Assembly (NCBI GenBank): GCA_035389045.1
Contig: DAOORA010000040.1
Coordinates: 1-39,001 of the forward strand
DNA: 39,001 bases
Origin: Bacteroidales bacterium
Lineage (GTDB): Bacteria; Bacteroidota; Bacteroidia; Bacteroidales; CAIWKO01
Direction of reading: 5' to 3'
Of the stretch, positions 19,780-29,620 are shown one piece after another (positions within the stretch are counted from its first letter, which is position 1; the number at the start of each line of letters is the position of its first letter). A model generated the notes under the pieces. It saw nothing but the letters and a program-made list of their open reading frames with translations, was not told the origin of the DNA and did no database searches. Made by a program: the position numbers and the translations under genes.

Positions 19780-20295
19780 TTATTTAAGTCCAAGTTCTGC
19801 TTTAACCATCGGAAGGATATCCTCAGTCGGGTCGGAATACAACAACACGCCAATCCCGGCATCAAAAATATACGTATACTGATTATCTTTTCCGACTTTT
19901 TCGATGGCGGCTTTTGCCGAATCAATAATGGGTTTTAAAAGTTCATTCTGCTTTTTTTCCAGTTCTGTCTGTGCTGATTCCTGAAAGGCTTCAATCCTGG
20001 CCTGAATATCCTGTAACTCTTTTTGATTCGTTTGCTTTATCAAATCAGTCATGTTGGATTCATTGGCAAGATAAGTCTGATATTTGGTTTCCAGTTCATT
20101 CTGCATGCCTTTTAACTGATTTTCGAGTGTTTTGGCATATTCGGTAATTTTGGCCATCGCCGAATCCCTGCCGGGCATGAGTTTTAATAATTCATTCGAA
20201 TCAATGTGTCCGAATTTCTGTTTTTTCTGGGCAAATGAAACCGTAGTAAAACCAACCAATAAAATGACAAATAAAATTTTAGCAATTTTTTTCAT
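19780..20295 (-). CDS. skp: OmpH/Skp periplasmic chaperone (copy 2)
   Basis: SFA-Q signal, KFGHIDS, coiled coil, YTYIFD, DILPMVK. Own TATCTTTG -7 element at 20322-20329. Confidence 0.9.
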   Translation of the reverse strand: MKKIAKILFVILLVGFTTVSFAQKKQKFGHIDSNELLKLMPGRDSAMAKITEYAKTLENQLKGMQNELETKYQTYLANESNMTDLIKQTNQKELQDIQARIEAFQESAQTELEKKQNELLKPIIDSAKAAIEKVGKDNQYTYIFDAGIGVLLYSDPTEDILPMVKAELGLK

Positions 20296-20354
20296 ATTCA
20301 ATGTTAATTAATAATGGTTTGCAAAGATAATATTATTTCCCAATCACACATTTA

Positions 20355-20912
20355 TTATTCATCTTTATCGTCCTTGCCGTCGTTTGTTTTAATGGCGCCG
20401 GGTTTATAGCCGAGTTTTTCAAGTACATCATCACTGCGGTCATTCTTTGAATTGGCATACAACATGGTCGTACTTCCTGCTTTATCAAAAATAACAGCAT
20501 AGCCGCTGGCATTTGCAATACTTTCAACAGCATCATATACTTTGTCCTGAATGGGCTTTATAATTTCCTGACGTTTTTTAAAAAGGTCGCCGTCCTTACC
20601 AAATCTCTTTTTCTGGAGATCTTTTGCTTCTTTTTCCTTGGCAATTATTTCATCCTGTCGTTTTTTCTTTATATCTTCAGGAAGCAAAACGGCATCTGCC
20701 TGATAATCTTTGTACATTTTATCGATTTCGGCAAACTTGGCTTCTATTTCTTTCTGCCAGTCAACTGAAAGCTTGTCAAGCAGATCCTGGGCATCGCGGT
20801 ATTCTGACATATTTTCAAGGATATATTCAGAATCGACAAACGCAAATTTCTGCGCACTTGAGCTAAACGACAATGCAATCATTGCAAATAATAATACTGA
20901 TAATTTTTTCAT
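20355..20912 (-). CDS. skp: OmpH/Skp periplasmic chaperone (copy 1)
   Basis: AQKFAFVDSEYIL, FGKDGDLF, IKPIQDKV. Directly downstream of bamA. Confidence 0.92.
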   Translation of the reverse strand: MKKLSVLLFAMIALSFSSSAQKFAFVDSEYILENMSEYRDAQDLLDKLSVDWQKEIEAKFAEIDKMYKDYQADAVLLPEDIKKKRQDEIIAKEKEAKDLQKKRFGKDGDLFKKRQEIIKPIQDKVYDAVESIANASGYAVIFDKAGSTTMLYANSKNDRSDDVLEKLGYKPGAIKTNDGKDDKDE

Positions 20913-20933
20913 GATGTCCTCCGGTTTTTTGTT

Positions 20934-23543
20934 TTAATCAATAGATTGGTTAATTGAAAAATGGAACTGACTGCCCCCCAGCCCTTTGCCGTTAGCATCA
21001 AATCCATATCCCCAGTCGAGTCCCAGTATTCCGAACATTGGCAAAAACACCCTGACGCCGACCCCTGCCGACCGGTAGATATCAAACGGATTGAACTGTT
21101 TCCATTTTTCCCACGAATTACCGCCTTCAGCAAATCCAAGTACATACACTGTAGCCATCGGATTTAATGATATGGGGTAACGCAGTTCAACGGTAAATTT
21201 GTCAAAGATCGCACCGCCAACATATCCGTTATCATTAGTAGGCGTCAGCGAATTATTGGTATATCCGCGCAAGGCTATCAACTCCCTGTTGTCAAGCGAA
21301 TAACCCGACAATCCATCGCCACCTAAATAAAAACGTTCAAAGGGCGGAACTCCGATTTTTTTGTTGTAGGAGCCCAGAAATCCAAATTTTCCACGGACGC
21401 TTAATACCAAATTCCCTGCCAACTTTGTATAAGTCGATGCGGAAATTTTCCATTTATGGTATTCGATCCATTTGTATTTATCTGCATCGGCAAGGGTGGT
21501 GTAATCTTTTTGATTAAATAATGAATAGGGAGGCGTCAGCTGAAACATCAACGATACTTCGGAACCGGACCGGGGATAAATAGGCGCATCAATTGAATTA
21601 CGGGAAAGTGTTATGGTATAATTCAGGTTATTGGAAGTGCCGTCTGTAAAAGAATAAGAAGAATAATAATTATCCAGTTTATAATTTTTAAAACTGATTT
21701 CATTATAGAGGGTAAAAAAATCATCCGGCCATTTCAGTCTGGAACCCAAACCGACAGAGGCGCCCCAAATACCAATGGCCTGACGGCTTTCATCACTCTT
21801 TTTTAATCCGTTGGTCTGCGATGAATAATAAACCGACACACTGAAAGCAAGGGGTTTGCGGCCGCCAAGCCAGGGTTCGGTAAAAGAAGCATTGTATGCC
21901 TGATAATATTTTCCGTTGGTCTGTGCACGCACGCTCAGCTTTTGCCCGTCACCCGAAGGCAGGGGCGACCAGGCCGATTTCTTGAAAAAGTTCTTGGTGG
22001 AGAAATTATTGAAGGATACGCCCAGGGTCCCCACCAGGTATCCATTGCCCCACCCGCCGGAAAGTTCCAGCTGATCAGAGGATGTTTCTTCAACAGAATA
22101 TTCGATGTCAACGGTACCATCGGTAGGATTGGGGATAATATCCGGAACGATCTTTTCTGCATTAAAATATTTCAATTGGGCTAATTCGCGGGTAGTACGG
22201 ATGATATCAGAACGATTGAACAACTGCCCGGGCTTTGAACGTATTTCCCTGATCACCACATGATCCCTGGTCTTGGTATTTCCCCTGATGGTCACTTTAT
22301 TGATATAGGCCTGTTTCCCTTCAATAATCCTGATCTCCATATCAATAGAATCACCTTCAATGGCCGTTTCCACCGGTGTGGCACTGAAAAAAAGATAACC
22401 GTTATCCATATACAGAGAGTAAACATCAAAACCGTTGGGATTATAGCTCAGGTTGGTCTCAAGTTCTTTCTGGTTGTATACATCCCCTTTATTGATTTTC
22501 AGGATGGCATTCAAATCCCGTTCGGAATATATGGTGTTCCCGATCCATGTTATTTTGCGGAAATAGTATTTTCTTCCTTCTTTCAAATCAATATTAATAT
22601 CAACTGTGTTTTCGCCCGAACGGACAACCGTATCATGCAGAATTTTTGAATCGCGGTATCCCAGTTCATTATATTTATCTATAATGGCTAGTTTATCCTT
22701 TTTATATTCTTCGGCCAGGAATTTTGCTGATTTAAAAATTCTTATGTTGACACGTTCGGAAATATAATTGATAAAATTTTCTTCGATGCTGATGCTGTCG
22801 CGGACAAAAAGTTTTTTGACCGATTGGTACAAAAGTGTATCACATCCCATAAAAGGCTTAAAGATGGTTTTCTCTTTTGTTTTCTTCATCAGGTGTTTCA
22901 ATTTGAAATCCGTGACATGATCATTACCAATAATATTGATCTTTCTTATCTTGACCTTTTTATTTCTGTTTATCTCAATATTTAACCTGGAAGCATATTT
23001 GCCGGATGAGGTATCGATGATTTCATTGATTTTAACATCTGCATTATAATATCCCTTATCGTTATAGTATGTTTTAATGATATTTTCTGATCGTAAAATA
23101 ACATTGCGCGTTATAACATCGCCTTTTGACAAGTTGATTTTTTCGCGAAGGTCATCCACTTCGGATTTTTTTACATTGGATGAAAACAAAGGGGCTGCTG
23201 CCAGGCGCGGGTGCTCCGTTAATTGTATCTCAAACCATATTTTGCCTTCTTCGATTTGTGTGGCAAAGATCTTCACGTCATCAAAGAGTCCCTGCTTCCA
23301 GAGATTCTGCACCGCGTTAGATGTCTGTTCGCCCGGCACCATGATTTTCTGCCCTTCGTATAATCCGGTGAGCAGTTTACAAATGTTAGTATCCGTATAT
23401 TGAACGCCTCTGAAAACTAATTTTTGTATTACATATTCTTTGGGGCTGCCATAGTCAATATTCCCTTTATCATCTGTCTGGGCTGTTACGGGTATGCTGA
23501 TTAAAAGAAGAATAAACAGTTTATAGAAATTTTTAAACATCAT
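20934..23543 (-). CDS. bamA: Outer membrane protein assembly factor BamA
   Basis: POTRA repeats (GNTKTRDHVVIRE), LRGY loop-6 motif, ELRYP, GILGLDWGYG, FHFSINQ. Confidence 0.96.
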   Translation of the reverse strand: MMFKNFYKLFILLLISIPVTAQTDDKGNIDYGSPKEYVIQKLVFRGVQYTDTNICKLLTGLYEGQKIMVPGEQTSNAVQNLWKQGLFDDVKIFATQIEEGKIWFEIQLTEHPRLAAAPLFSSNVKKSEVDDLREKINLSKGDVITRNVILRSENIIKTYYNDKGYYNADVKINEIIDTSSGKYASRLNIEINRNKKVKIRKINIIGNDHVTDFKLKHLMKKTKEKTIFKPFMGCDTLLYQSVKKLFVRDSISIEENFINYISERVNIRIFKSAKFLAEEYKKDKLAIIDKYNELGYRDSKILHDTVVRSGENTVDINIDLKEGRKYYFRKITWIGNTIYSERDLNAILKINKGDVYNQKELETNLSYNPNGFDVYSLYMDNGYLFFSATPVETAIEGDSIDMEIRIIEGKQAYINKVTIRGNTKTRDHVVIREIRSKPGQLFNRSDIIRTTRELAQLKYFNAEKIVPDIIPNPTDGTVDIEYSVEETSSDQLELSGGWGNGYLVGTLGVSFNNFSTKNFFKKSAWSPLPSGDGQKLSVRAQTNGKYYQAYNASFTEPWLGGRKPLAFSVSVYYSSQTNGLKKSDESRQAIGIWGASVGLGSRLKWPDDFFTLYNEISFKNYKLDNYYSSYSFTDGTSNNLNYTITLSRNSIDAPIYPRSGSEVSLMFQLTPPYSLFNQKDYTTLADADKYKWIEYHKWKISASTYTKLAGNLVLSVRGKFGFLGSYNKKIGVPPFERFYLGGDGLSGYSLDNRELIALRGYTNNSLTPTNDNGYVGGAIFDKFTVELRYPISLNPMATVYVLGFAEGGNSWEKWKQFNPFDIYRSAGVGVRVFLPMFGILGLDWGYGFDANGKGLGGSQFHFSINQSID

Positions 23544-24280
23544 TGTGCATTAATTTGCTCGCTGGTCATACCAAATCTTCGTTCTCTATTTTGAAAATCT
23601 ATGATAGCATTATAAAAATCTTTTTTTCTGAAATCAGGCCATAATACCGGCGAAAAATACAACTCGGTATAGGCAAGCTGCCAAAGCAGGAAATTACTGA
23701 TACGATACTCGCCACTTGTTCTGATGAGTAATTCAGGATCGGGTATTCCCCTGGTGGTCAGGGATGAAGATATGAGTTTCTGATCAATATCTTCTACCTG
23801 TATCTGGTTGTTTTTTACCTGCAGTGCAATATCTTTAACGGCTTCTGTTATTTCCCACTTTGAGCTGTAGCTGAGGGCAAGCACTAATGTCATCCGGTTA
23901 TTACCAGCTGTTATTCTGATCGTGTTCATAAGCTCATTATAGCAGTCCTTACGCAGATTTTTAATATCGCCAATGGCTAATAAACGAATATTATTTTTTA
24001 TTAGTGTTTGCGTCTCATTATTTATTGTTTTAACCAAAAGCTGCATTAAGGCATCGACTTCATATTTCGGCCGGTTCCAGTTTTCGGTGGAAAAGGCATA
24101 CAGTGTGAGATAATGGATACCCAACTCTGCGGCAGCTTCAACGGTCTCCCTCACGGCAAGCACACCATGTTCATGCCCGAATATACGCAAAGCGCCTCTT
24201 TTTCTGGCCCAGCGTCCGTTCCCATCCATAATTACGGCAACGTGCCGGGGCAACTTTTCAGGATTAATTTTTTCTTTCAT
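23540..24280 (-). CDS. uppS: Undecaprenyl diphosphate synthase
   Basis: HVAVIMDGNGRWA, YAFSTENWNRP, IRTSGEYRISNFLLWQ, RRFG. Confidence 0.97.
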   Translation of the reverse strand: MKEKINPEKLPRHVAVIMDGNGRWARKRGALRIFGHEHGVLAVRETVEAAAELGIHYLTLYAFSTENWNRPKYEVDALMQLLVKTINNETQTLIKNNIRLLAIGDIKNLRKDCYNELMNTIRITAGNNRMTLVLALSYSSKWEITEAVKDIALQVKNNQIQVEDIDQKLISSSLTTRGIPDPELLIRTSGEYRISNFLLWQLAYTELYFSPVLWPDFRKKDFYNAIIDFQNRERRFGMTSEQINAQ

Positions 24281-24304
24281 GCAAATTGTTTAGCGCAGAA
24301 TAAA

Positions 24305-25171
24305 TTAATCCTTGTATTTAATTTTGATATTGGGATGTTGCCTATAGGCATCGCATTTTGCACGTTTGGCCTTGATAAGAACTGAAACGGTAAGACCAGT
24401 AAAAACATACCAGTCTTTGGTTCTTGAGTTTCCGCGTTTCAACCCGGTATAGTTATGACCTTCCTGGGTATTGCTGAGCGAAGGATCGGCCAGAGCTGCC
24501 GCCACGGGTCCGTTTTCGGCGGCTAAAGTAACAGGATCGGCATACAACGTGCTCACATCATCAATATAATCGGTGAAGGTTTTTCGGATGCCATACTCCA
24601 AACCAATACTTACCAGTTTATGCGGAGAATATTTCACTCCTAATCCAAAAGGTATCGCAAATGTGGTCAGCGAATATGGTTTTGATGCATTGGGCATAGT
24701 GGTTCCCTGGCCTTCTGTTCCCAAAGAATGAAGTTCATACCATGTATCCATATACTTGGCTTTGGGATTAAAATTAAATAATGATGCTCCAACAAAAATA
24801 TACGGTGAGATAAAATGCCGCTTATCACCGGTGATATATTGCAAAAAGTTAAACTCGACCTGGGGAGAAAATTCAAAAATATACGATTTAAAATACAGAT
24901 TGCGGTCAACATTGGCTTTGGATACAGCATCACTGCCTTCCAGCCCGCCAATCAGTGCATTGACTTTTAAAGCCCACCGTGGTGTGATATTATAGCGATA
25001 TATAAGGCCTCCGGCAAAGCGGGTCTGTAAAAAATGCTTTGACGGATTGAGATCCCCGAGATAATATGAACCTCCTAAAAAAACACCGAGTTCAGACCGG
25101 TAAAATTCCTGGGCTTTCAGTCCGCTGGTAAATAATAACGAGAACAAACAGATCAACAACTTTTTTTGCAT
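24305..25171 (-). CDS. DUF6089 / PorG-like outer-membrane beta-barrel
   Basis: GGSYYLGDLN, RNLYF, TEGQG, RKTFTDYIDDVS, DWY. Sits just upstream of uppS-bamA-skp, like P. gingivalis porG. Confidence 0.8.
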   Translation of the reverse strand: MQKKLLICLFSLLFTSGLKAQEFYRSELGVFLGGSYYLGDLNPSKHFLQTRFAGGLIYRYNITPRWALKVNALIGGLEGSDAVSKANVDRNLYFKSYIFEFSPQVEFNFLQYITGDKRHFISPYIFVGASLFNFNPKAKYMDTWYELHSLGTEGQGTTMPNASKPYSLTTFAIPFGLGVKYSPHKLVSIGLEYGIRKTFTDYIDDVSTLYADPVTLAAENGPVAAALADPSLSNTQEGHNYTGLKRGNSRTKDWYVFTGLTVSVLIKAKRAKCDAYRQHPNIKIKYKD

Positions 25172-25176
25172 ATTTT

Positions 25177-26187
25177 TTAAAATCTCAGTTTTGGAGTATA
25201 TCCTTCGTTAATTGAATAATATACGGTAAAAAATAATCCGATGAAATGATCGTTATCTCTGGGATCGCCCCGTTGCTGGCCAGGCCTTGTGCTATTATAC
25301 AAAGGCATTCCGGGTGTGTCATCTATTGCAGGATTTGCCATACTTACAGCTAATTGTCCTTTTGATTGTAATAACGCATTTTCATCAAAATATGTTGTAC
25401 TGACGTCGTCCAGATAATCTGTAAATGTAAGCCACTGACTGTATTCAAGTCCTATTTCCCACTCCTTTGATATTTTGATCCTTAACCCGACACCCAAAGG
25501 CACTGTCGCCTGAAATGACGAATATTCTTTTCTGGTAGGTACCAAAGTCTGACCTTCAGTACATAGTGGTTTAAGGCTGTGCCAGGAACCATCGTATTTC
25601 CCTTTGGAATTGAAATACAGCCCCCCTATACCAGCCTGGATATAAGGAGTATAGGTCAAATTACGCCATGCACGTACTCCACGGAGGTTATACTTCCGTC
25701 CTTTTTGTTTTATTTCATAAAGAAAAACGATGCTGGATGATAATCCGTAGGTGGATGTGCGGAAATTAAGGTTCCTGTTATGACGAAAAGTTTCCAGCGT
25801 CCATTTATCGTTTCCGCTGAGCCAGATATAATCAAAAGAGGAACGCCAGGCAAAATGTTCTGCAAAACGGTAAATATAACCCACCATAACAGATGGCCGG
25901 ACTGCCTGAATATCAAAGTCGCGCAAACTGAATGTTTCCGAGCCGATCTTGTTCAATCCGCCAAGATCACCAAGAAAATTCGAAGCGCCAACAGCAATAT
26001 AAACCTTATGAATATCTTTTTTGAAGGATTTGTTCTTGTAATTACTATTGTTTTGCCCGGTAAATAAGCGCGAGGTATTTACCATGTCCGTTTTCAGGGT
26101 CTCTTTAACAGGACTGTTCATGACCTGTGCCAGGGAGGTTCCCACAACAAAAACCATGACCACTAAAATAAAGAATATCCTTTTCAT
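25177..26187 (-). CDS. Second DUF6089-like outer-membrane beta-barrel (paralog)
   Basis: GASNFLGDLGG, RNLNFRT, TEGQ, TFTDYLDDVS, QRGDP. Signal peptide SLA-Q. TACTTTTG -7 element at 26209-26216. Confidence 0.8.
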   Translation of the reverse strand: MKRIFFILVVMVFVVGTSLAQVMNSPVKETLKTDMVNTSRLFTGQNNSNYKNKSFKKDIHKVYIAVGASNFLGDLGGLNKIGSETFSLRDFDIQAVRPSVMVGYIYRFAEHFAWRSSFDYIWLSGNDKWTLETFRHNRNLNFRTSTYGLSSSIVFLYEIKQKGRKYNLRGVRAWRNLTYTPYIQAGIGGLYFNSKGKYDGSWHSLKPLCTEGQTLVPTRKEYSSFQATVPLGVGLRIKISKEWEIGLEYSQWLTFTDYLDDVSTTYFDENALLQSKGQLAVSMANPAIDDTPGMPLYNSTRPGQQRGDPRDNDHFIGLFFTVYYSINEGYTPKLRF

Positions 26188-26262
26188 AATAATATTATCA
26201 AGAACTTACAAAAGTATAAAATATTTTAGAAGTGACAAAATTGTGACGTATTACATCGTTTC

Positions 26263-27141
26263 TTAATTTCTTTTATCCCATCCCCACATAAGTTTTTCCC
26301 TGATTGTGGAAAAAAATGACTTGGTGCCAAATTGGACAAGATTAATTTGAAACGCTTCTTTTTTGATTTCCAGTTCAATAGAAGAGTGGATTACCGCATT
26401 GTTTGAATCGAGGGTAACCAGATAGTTCTCCATGCGGCCCTCAACCTTCAATTTTATAACGGAAGTATCAGGAACAACTATCGGCCTGACGGTCAGGTTG
26501 TGTGTTGCAATGGGTGTAAGGATGAAATTATTCGAATCCGGAGTAATGATCGGACCACCGCAACTCATAGAATAAGCTGTCGAGCCAGTGGGAGTCGAAA
26601 CAATCAATCCGTCGGCCCAGTAAGTATTTAAAAACACATCGTCGACATAAGCATGTATCGTGATCATCGAAGAAGAATCCCTTTTATGAACCGTAATTTC
26701 GTTAAGGGCAAAACTGAACCCGCCAAACAGGTTGACCGGTTTATTCAGGCGGATAAGTGTACGTTTCTGAATAACGAATTTTTTATCCATAATACATTCA
26801 ATAGCTTCACTGATTTCATCTTTTGATATACCCGATAAAAATCCAAGACGTCCGGTATTAAAACCCAAAATGGGGATCCCGGAGTCTCTCACCAGAGATA
26901 TGGTTTTTAACATAGTGCCATCTCCACCTATACTAAAAAGAAAATCAGTGTTTTCAAGAAGGTCATGATAATTATTAAATGAAGTTACATTTTCATTGAT
27001 CAATCGGCTCTTAAGTAGTATTTTATAAACAGGTTCATAAATGGACACTTCAAATTTATGGTAATTCAGTTTTCCCAGAAGTTCTATATAGTATGCTTCC
27101 AGTTCTTCGGAAAAATTTATTGCAAAAAGAGCAATACGCAT
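26263..27141 (-). CDS. nadK: NAD kinase
   Basis: GGDGT, GRLGFL, ALNE, ADGLIVSTPTGSTAYSMSCGGP. Confidence 0.97.
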   Translation of the reverse strand: MRIALFAINFSEELEAYYIELLGKLNYHKFEVSIYEPVYKILLKSRLINENVTSFNNYHDLLENTDFLFSIGGDGTMLKTISLVRDSGIPILGFNTGRLGFLSGISKDEISEAIECIMDKKFVIQKRTLIRLNKPVNLFGGFSFALNEITVHKRDSSSMITIHAYVDDVFLNTYWADGLIVSTPTGSTAYSMSCGGPIITPDSNNFILTPIATHNLTVRPIVVPDTSVIKLKVEGRMENYLVTLDSNNAVIHSSIELEIKKEAFQINLVQFGTKSFFSTIREKLMWGWDKRN

Positions 27142-27150
27142 ATAATTATA

Positions 27151-27813
27151 TTAAATATTCAAGTAATTCATAAGGGAGTCGTAACGGTCCTGCAGATCAT
27201 TTTTGTATTCCATCTCAGTAAAACTTGCAAGAACAACATAGCCATAGCGTTCAAACGTCTGCAAAACGGGAAAAATATTCATTTTACTTATCTTTATGGT
27301 GATCTCCAGTTTCATGGAATCATGATGCGAACTTACATAACAATTTAATATCTTGGCATCATTGGCCTCCACGATTCGTGCAATTTCTTCAAGCGAATAA
27401 TCGTTATGGTTACGCTCCATAATAATGATACCTCCTGGATTTTGAATGGAAGCCGCCTGAGAATATTTTTCGAGGAGGTTGGGCAGCGTTATGGAACCCA
27501 GGTAACGGTTTTTTTCATCAACAACAGGGACAATAGACAAGTTCAACTCTCCGGCCAGCGAAATAATTTCAAAAATATGCTGATGCTGATACACAAATGC
27601 GTTGGTTGCAGAAAGGTTATGGCTTCCTATAGATTCCTCGGGTTTATTTAAGGCATAAATATCGTTTTCGGAGATCAGCCCCAGAAATTCAACATTGTTG
27701 ACGATAGGCAAATGACATATTTTCTGATCTTCCATCAGTTTAAGCGCATAGATAGCTGTGTCGGATGTTAATACCGGTATTACGGCATCGGTGTACAGGT
27801 CATTGGCAAGCAT
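27151..27813 (-). CDS. CBS-domain pair protein (AcuB-like, C-terminal ACT-like region)
   Basis: HLPIV...FLGLISE and IVPVVDE...YLGSIT CBS motifs. Usual position upstream of nadK in Bacteroidota. Confidence 0.88.
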   Translation of the reverse strand: MLANDLYTDAVIPVLTSDTAIYALKLMEDQKICHLPIVNNVEFLGLISENDIYALNKPEESIGSHNLSATNAFVYQHQHIFEIISLAGELNLSIVPVVDEKNRYLGSITLPNLLEKYSQAASIQNPGGIIIMERNHNDYSLEEIARIVEANDAKILNCYVSSHHDSMKLEITIKISKMNIFPVLQTFERYGYVVLASFTEMEYKNDLQDRYDSLMNYLNI

Positions 27814-27840
27814 AATACTTTCAGTCCAAATAATTTTCTA

Positions 27841-27864
27841 CAAACATACTAATTTTTAACTTTG
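27841..27864. promoter_or_regulatory. Back-to-back divergent -7 elements for the CBS-nadK operon and pdxJ
   Basis: TATGTTTG (minus, 27841-27848) and TAACTTTG (plus, 27857-27864) in a 69-bp intergenic gap. Confidence 0.6.
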
Positions 27865-27882
27865 CCTGCAAAATAAGATACT

Positions 27883-28608
27883 ATGACAAAACTGAGTGTA
27901 AATATAAATAAAATTGCCACGCTTCGCAACGCCCGAGGTGGAAATTTGCCCGATGTGCTGCACACCGCCCTGGATTGTGAGCGTTTTGGGGCACAAGGGA
28001 TAACGGTTCACCCAAGGCCCGACGAGCGCCATATCCGATTTTCAGATGTGTATGAACTTAAAAAAAATATTTCCACGGAGTTGAATATCGAAGGGTATCC
28101 TTCTGAATCTTTTATCAGCCTGGTACTCGATGTAAAACCTGCACAGGTAACCCTTGTGCCCGATGCTCCCGATGCCATCACATCAAATGCGGGCTGGGAC
28201 ACAATTAAAAATTCAGCTTTTTTAAATGAGATTGTTGCTGTTTTTAAAAAACAAGGTATCCGGACTTCTATTTTTATTGATCCCGATGTAAAAATGATTG
28301 AAAAAGCGCTTGAAACCGGCACCGACCGTATTGAACTTTATACAGAAGATTATGCAAAAAATTACCCGTCAGACAGGGAAAAAGCCATTTTTCTTTATAA
28401 AAAAGCCGCGGAAAAAGCTCTGGATCTTGACCTCGGTTTAAATGCCGGTCATGACCTGAACCTGCAAAATCTCAGATATTTTGCAGAAACCATTCCCGGC
28501 CTGCTCGAAGTATCTATAGGTCATGCCTTGATTTGTGACGCCTTGTATTTCGGATTGGAAAATACGATACAGATGTATCTGCGTTGCCTGAACATTATTG
28601 CTGACTAA
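27883..28608 (+). CDS. pdxJ: Pyridoxine 5'-phosphate synthase
   Basis: [43 protein letters not shown]. Confidence 0.97.
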   Translation: MTKLSVNINKIATLRNARGGNLPDVLHTALDCERFGAQGITVHPRPDERHIRFSDVYELKKNISTELNIEGYPSESFISLVLDVKPAQVTLVPDAPDAITSNAGWDTIKNSAFLNEIVAVFKKQGIRTSIFIDPDVKMIEKALETGTDRIELYTEDYAKNYPSDREKAIFLYKKAAEKALDLDLGLNAGHDLNLQNLRYFAETIPGLLEVSIGHALICDALYFGLENTIQMYLRCLNIIAD

Positions 28609-29620
28609 GGGTTCCTGACTCTTCGTAAATGACGGTCAGTATGGTTTGACCTACTGCTTTCAGGGAGTTTTTATCAACATTTTCCAGGTTATCATTGGTC
28701 GTGTGCCAGTATTTATAAAATCCAGAGTTCGTCTGCATATCATGGTGGATTATATCAATGGTAGGAATACCGCTTATTTTATTGATATAATAATGATCGT
28801 CGGTGATCGGATTGGTCTGTTCGTTTGAAAAATGTCCGCCATAACCTATACGCGACGCAGCATCCCAGACCTTGTTCACCACGTCGGGGGCATATTCCAT
28901 GGAGAAACCTTCCTTGGTAAAATTCGCATTTGTCACGCCGACCATGTCGAGCAAAATGCCATATTTTGCTTTATAACCCGGCACATGAGGGTTCTTCGCC
29001 CAAAACTGTGAGCCAAGTCCCCAGTTATCTTCTTTATATTCTGCATTATCATCCTGCGGTTCACCATAATCTTCGGCATCAAAAAAGATGATATCTACAC
29101 CCAGGTTCGTTTTATTTAAACTCAGAATTCTTGCAACTTCAATAAGTACCCCTACCCCGCTGGCTCCGTCGTTAGCTCCGTCGATGGGGGTGCGACGCAT
29201 GGCCTCATCTTCGTCCCAATCGGCATAAGGACGAGAATCCCAGTGCGAACAAAGCATAATTCTTCCCGGAGCATCCACATTAAAGGATGCTATGATATTT
29301 TTCATATTTAACAGGGAGCCATTATACGCGCGGACCTTACCTTTCTGAACCATCACTTCAGTGGTATAACTTTTTAGTATTTGTTCAAGCCACACGGCAC
29401 ATCTGGAATGTGCTTCCGTATTCGGAACCCTGGGGCCAAAATCCGTCTGAGTTTTCACAAATAAATATGCAGAATCCTCATTAAAAACAGGAACCTGTAC
29501 TTTGGGTCCCAAGGTCTTGATTGTTTTTTCATCTGCTGTTTTTTTCTTTGAATTGCCGCACGAAGAAAAAATGCTGCAAACCATCAAAAAAACAAAAAAT
29601 AATTTAAGTCCTTCTTTCAT
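28595..29620 (-). CDS. M28-fold lipoprotein, probable type II glutaminyl cyclase
   Basis: Lipobox [41 protein letters not shown]. Confidence 0.8.
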   Translation of the reverse strand: MKEGLKLFFVFLMVCSIFSSCGNSKKKTADEKTIKTLGPKVQVPVFNEDSAYLFVKTQTDFGPRVPNTEAHSRCAVWLEQILKSYTTEVMVQKGKVRAYNGSLLNMKNIIASFNVDAPGRIMLCSHWDSRPYADWDEDEAMRRTPIDGANDGASGVGVLIEVARILSLNKTNLGVDIIFFDAEDYGEPQDDNAEYKEDNWGLGSQFWAKNPHVPGYKAKYGILLDMVGVTNANFTKEGFSMEYAPDVVNKVWDAASRIGYGGHFSNEQTNPITDDHYYINKISGIPTIDIIHHDMQTNSGFYKYWHTTNDNLENVDKNSLKAVGQTILTVIYEESGTLSQQ

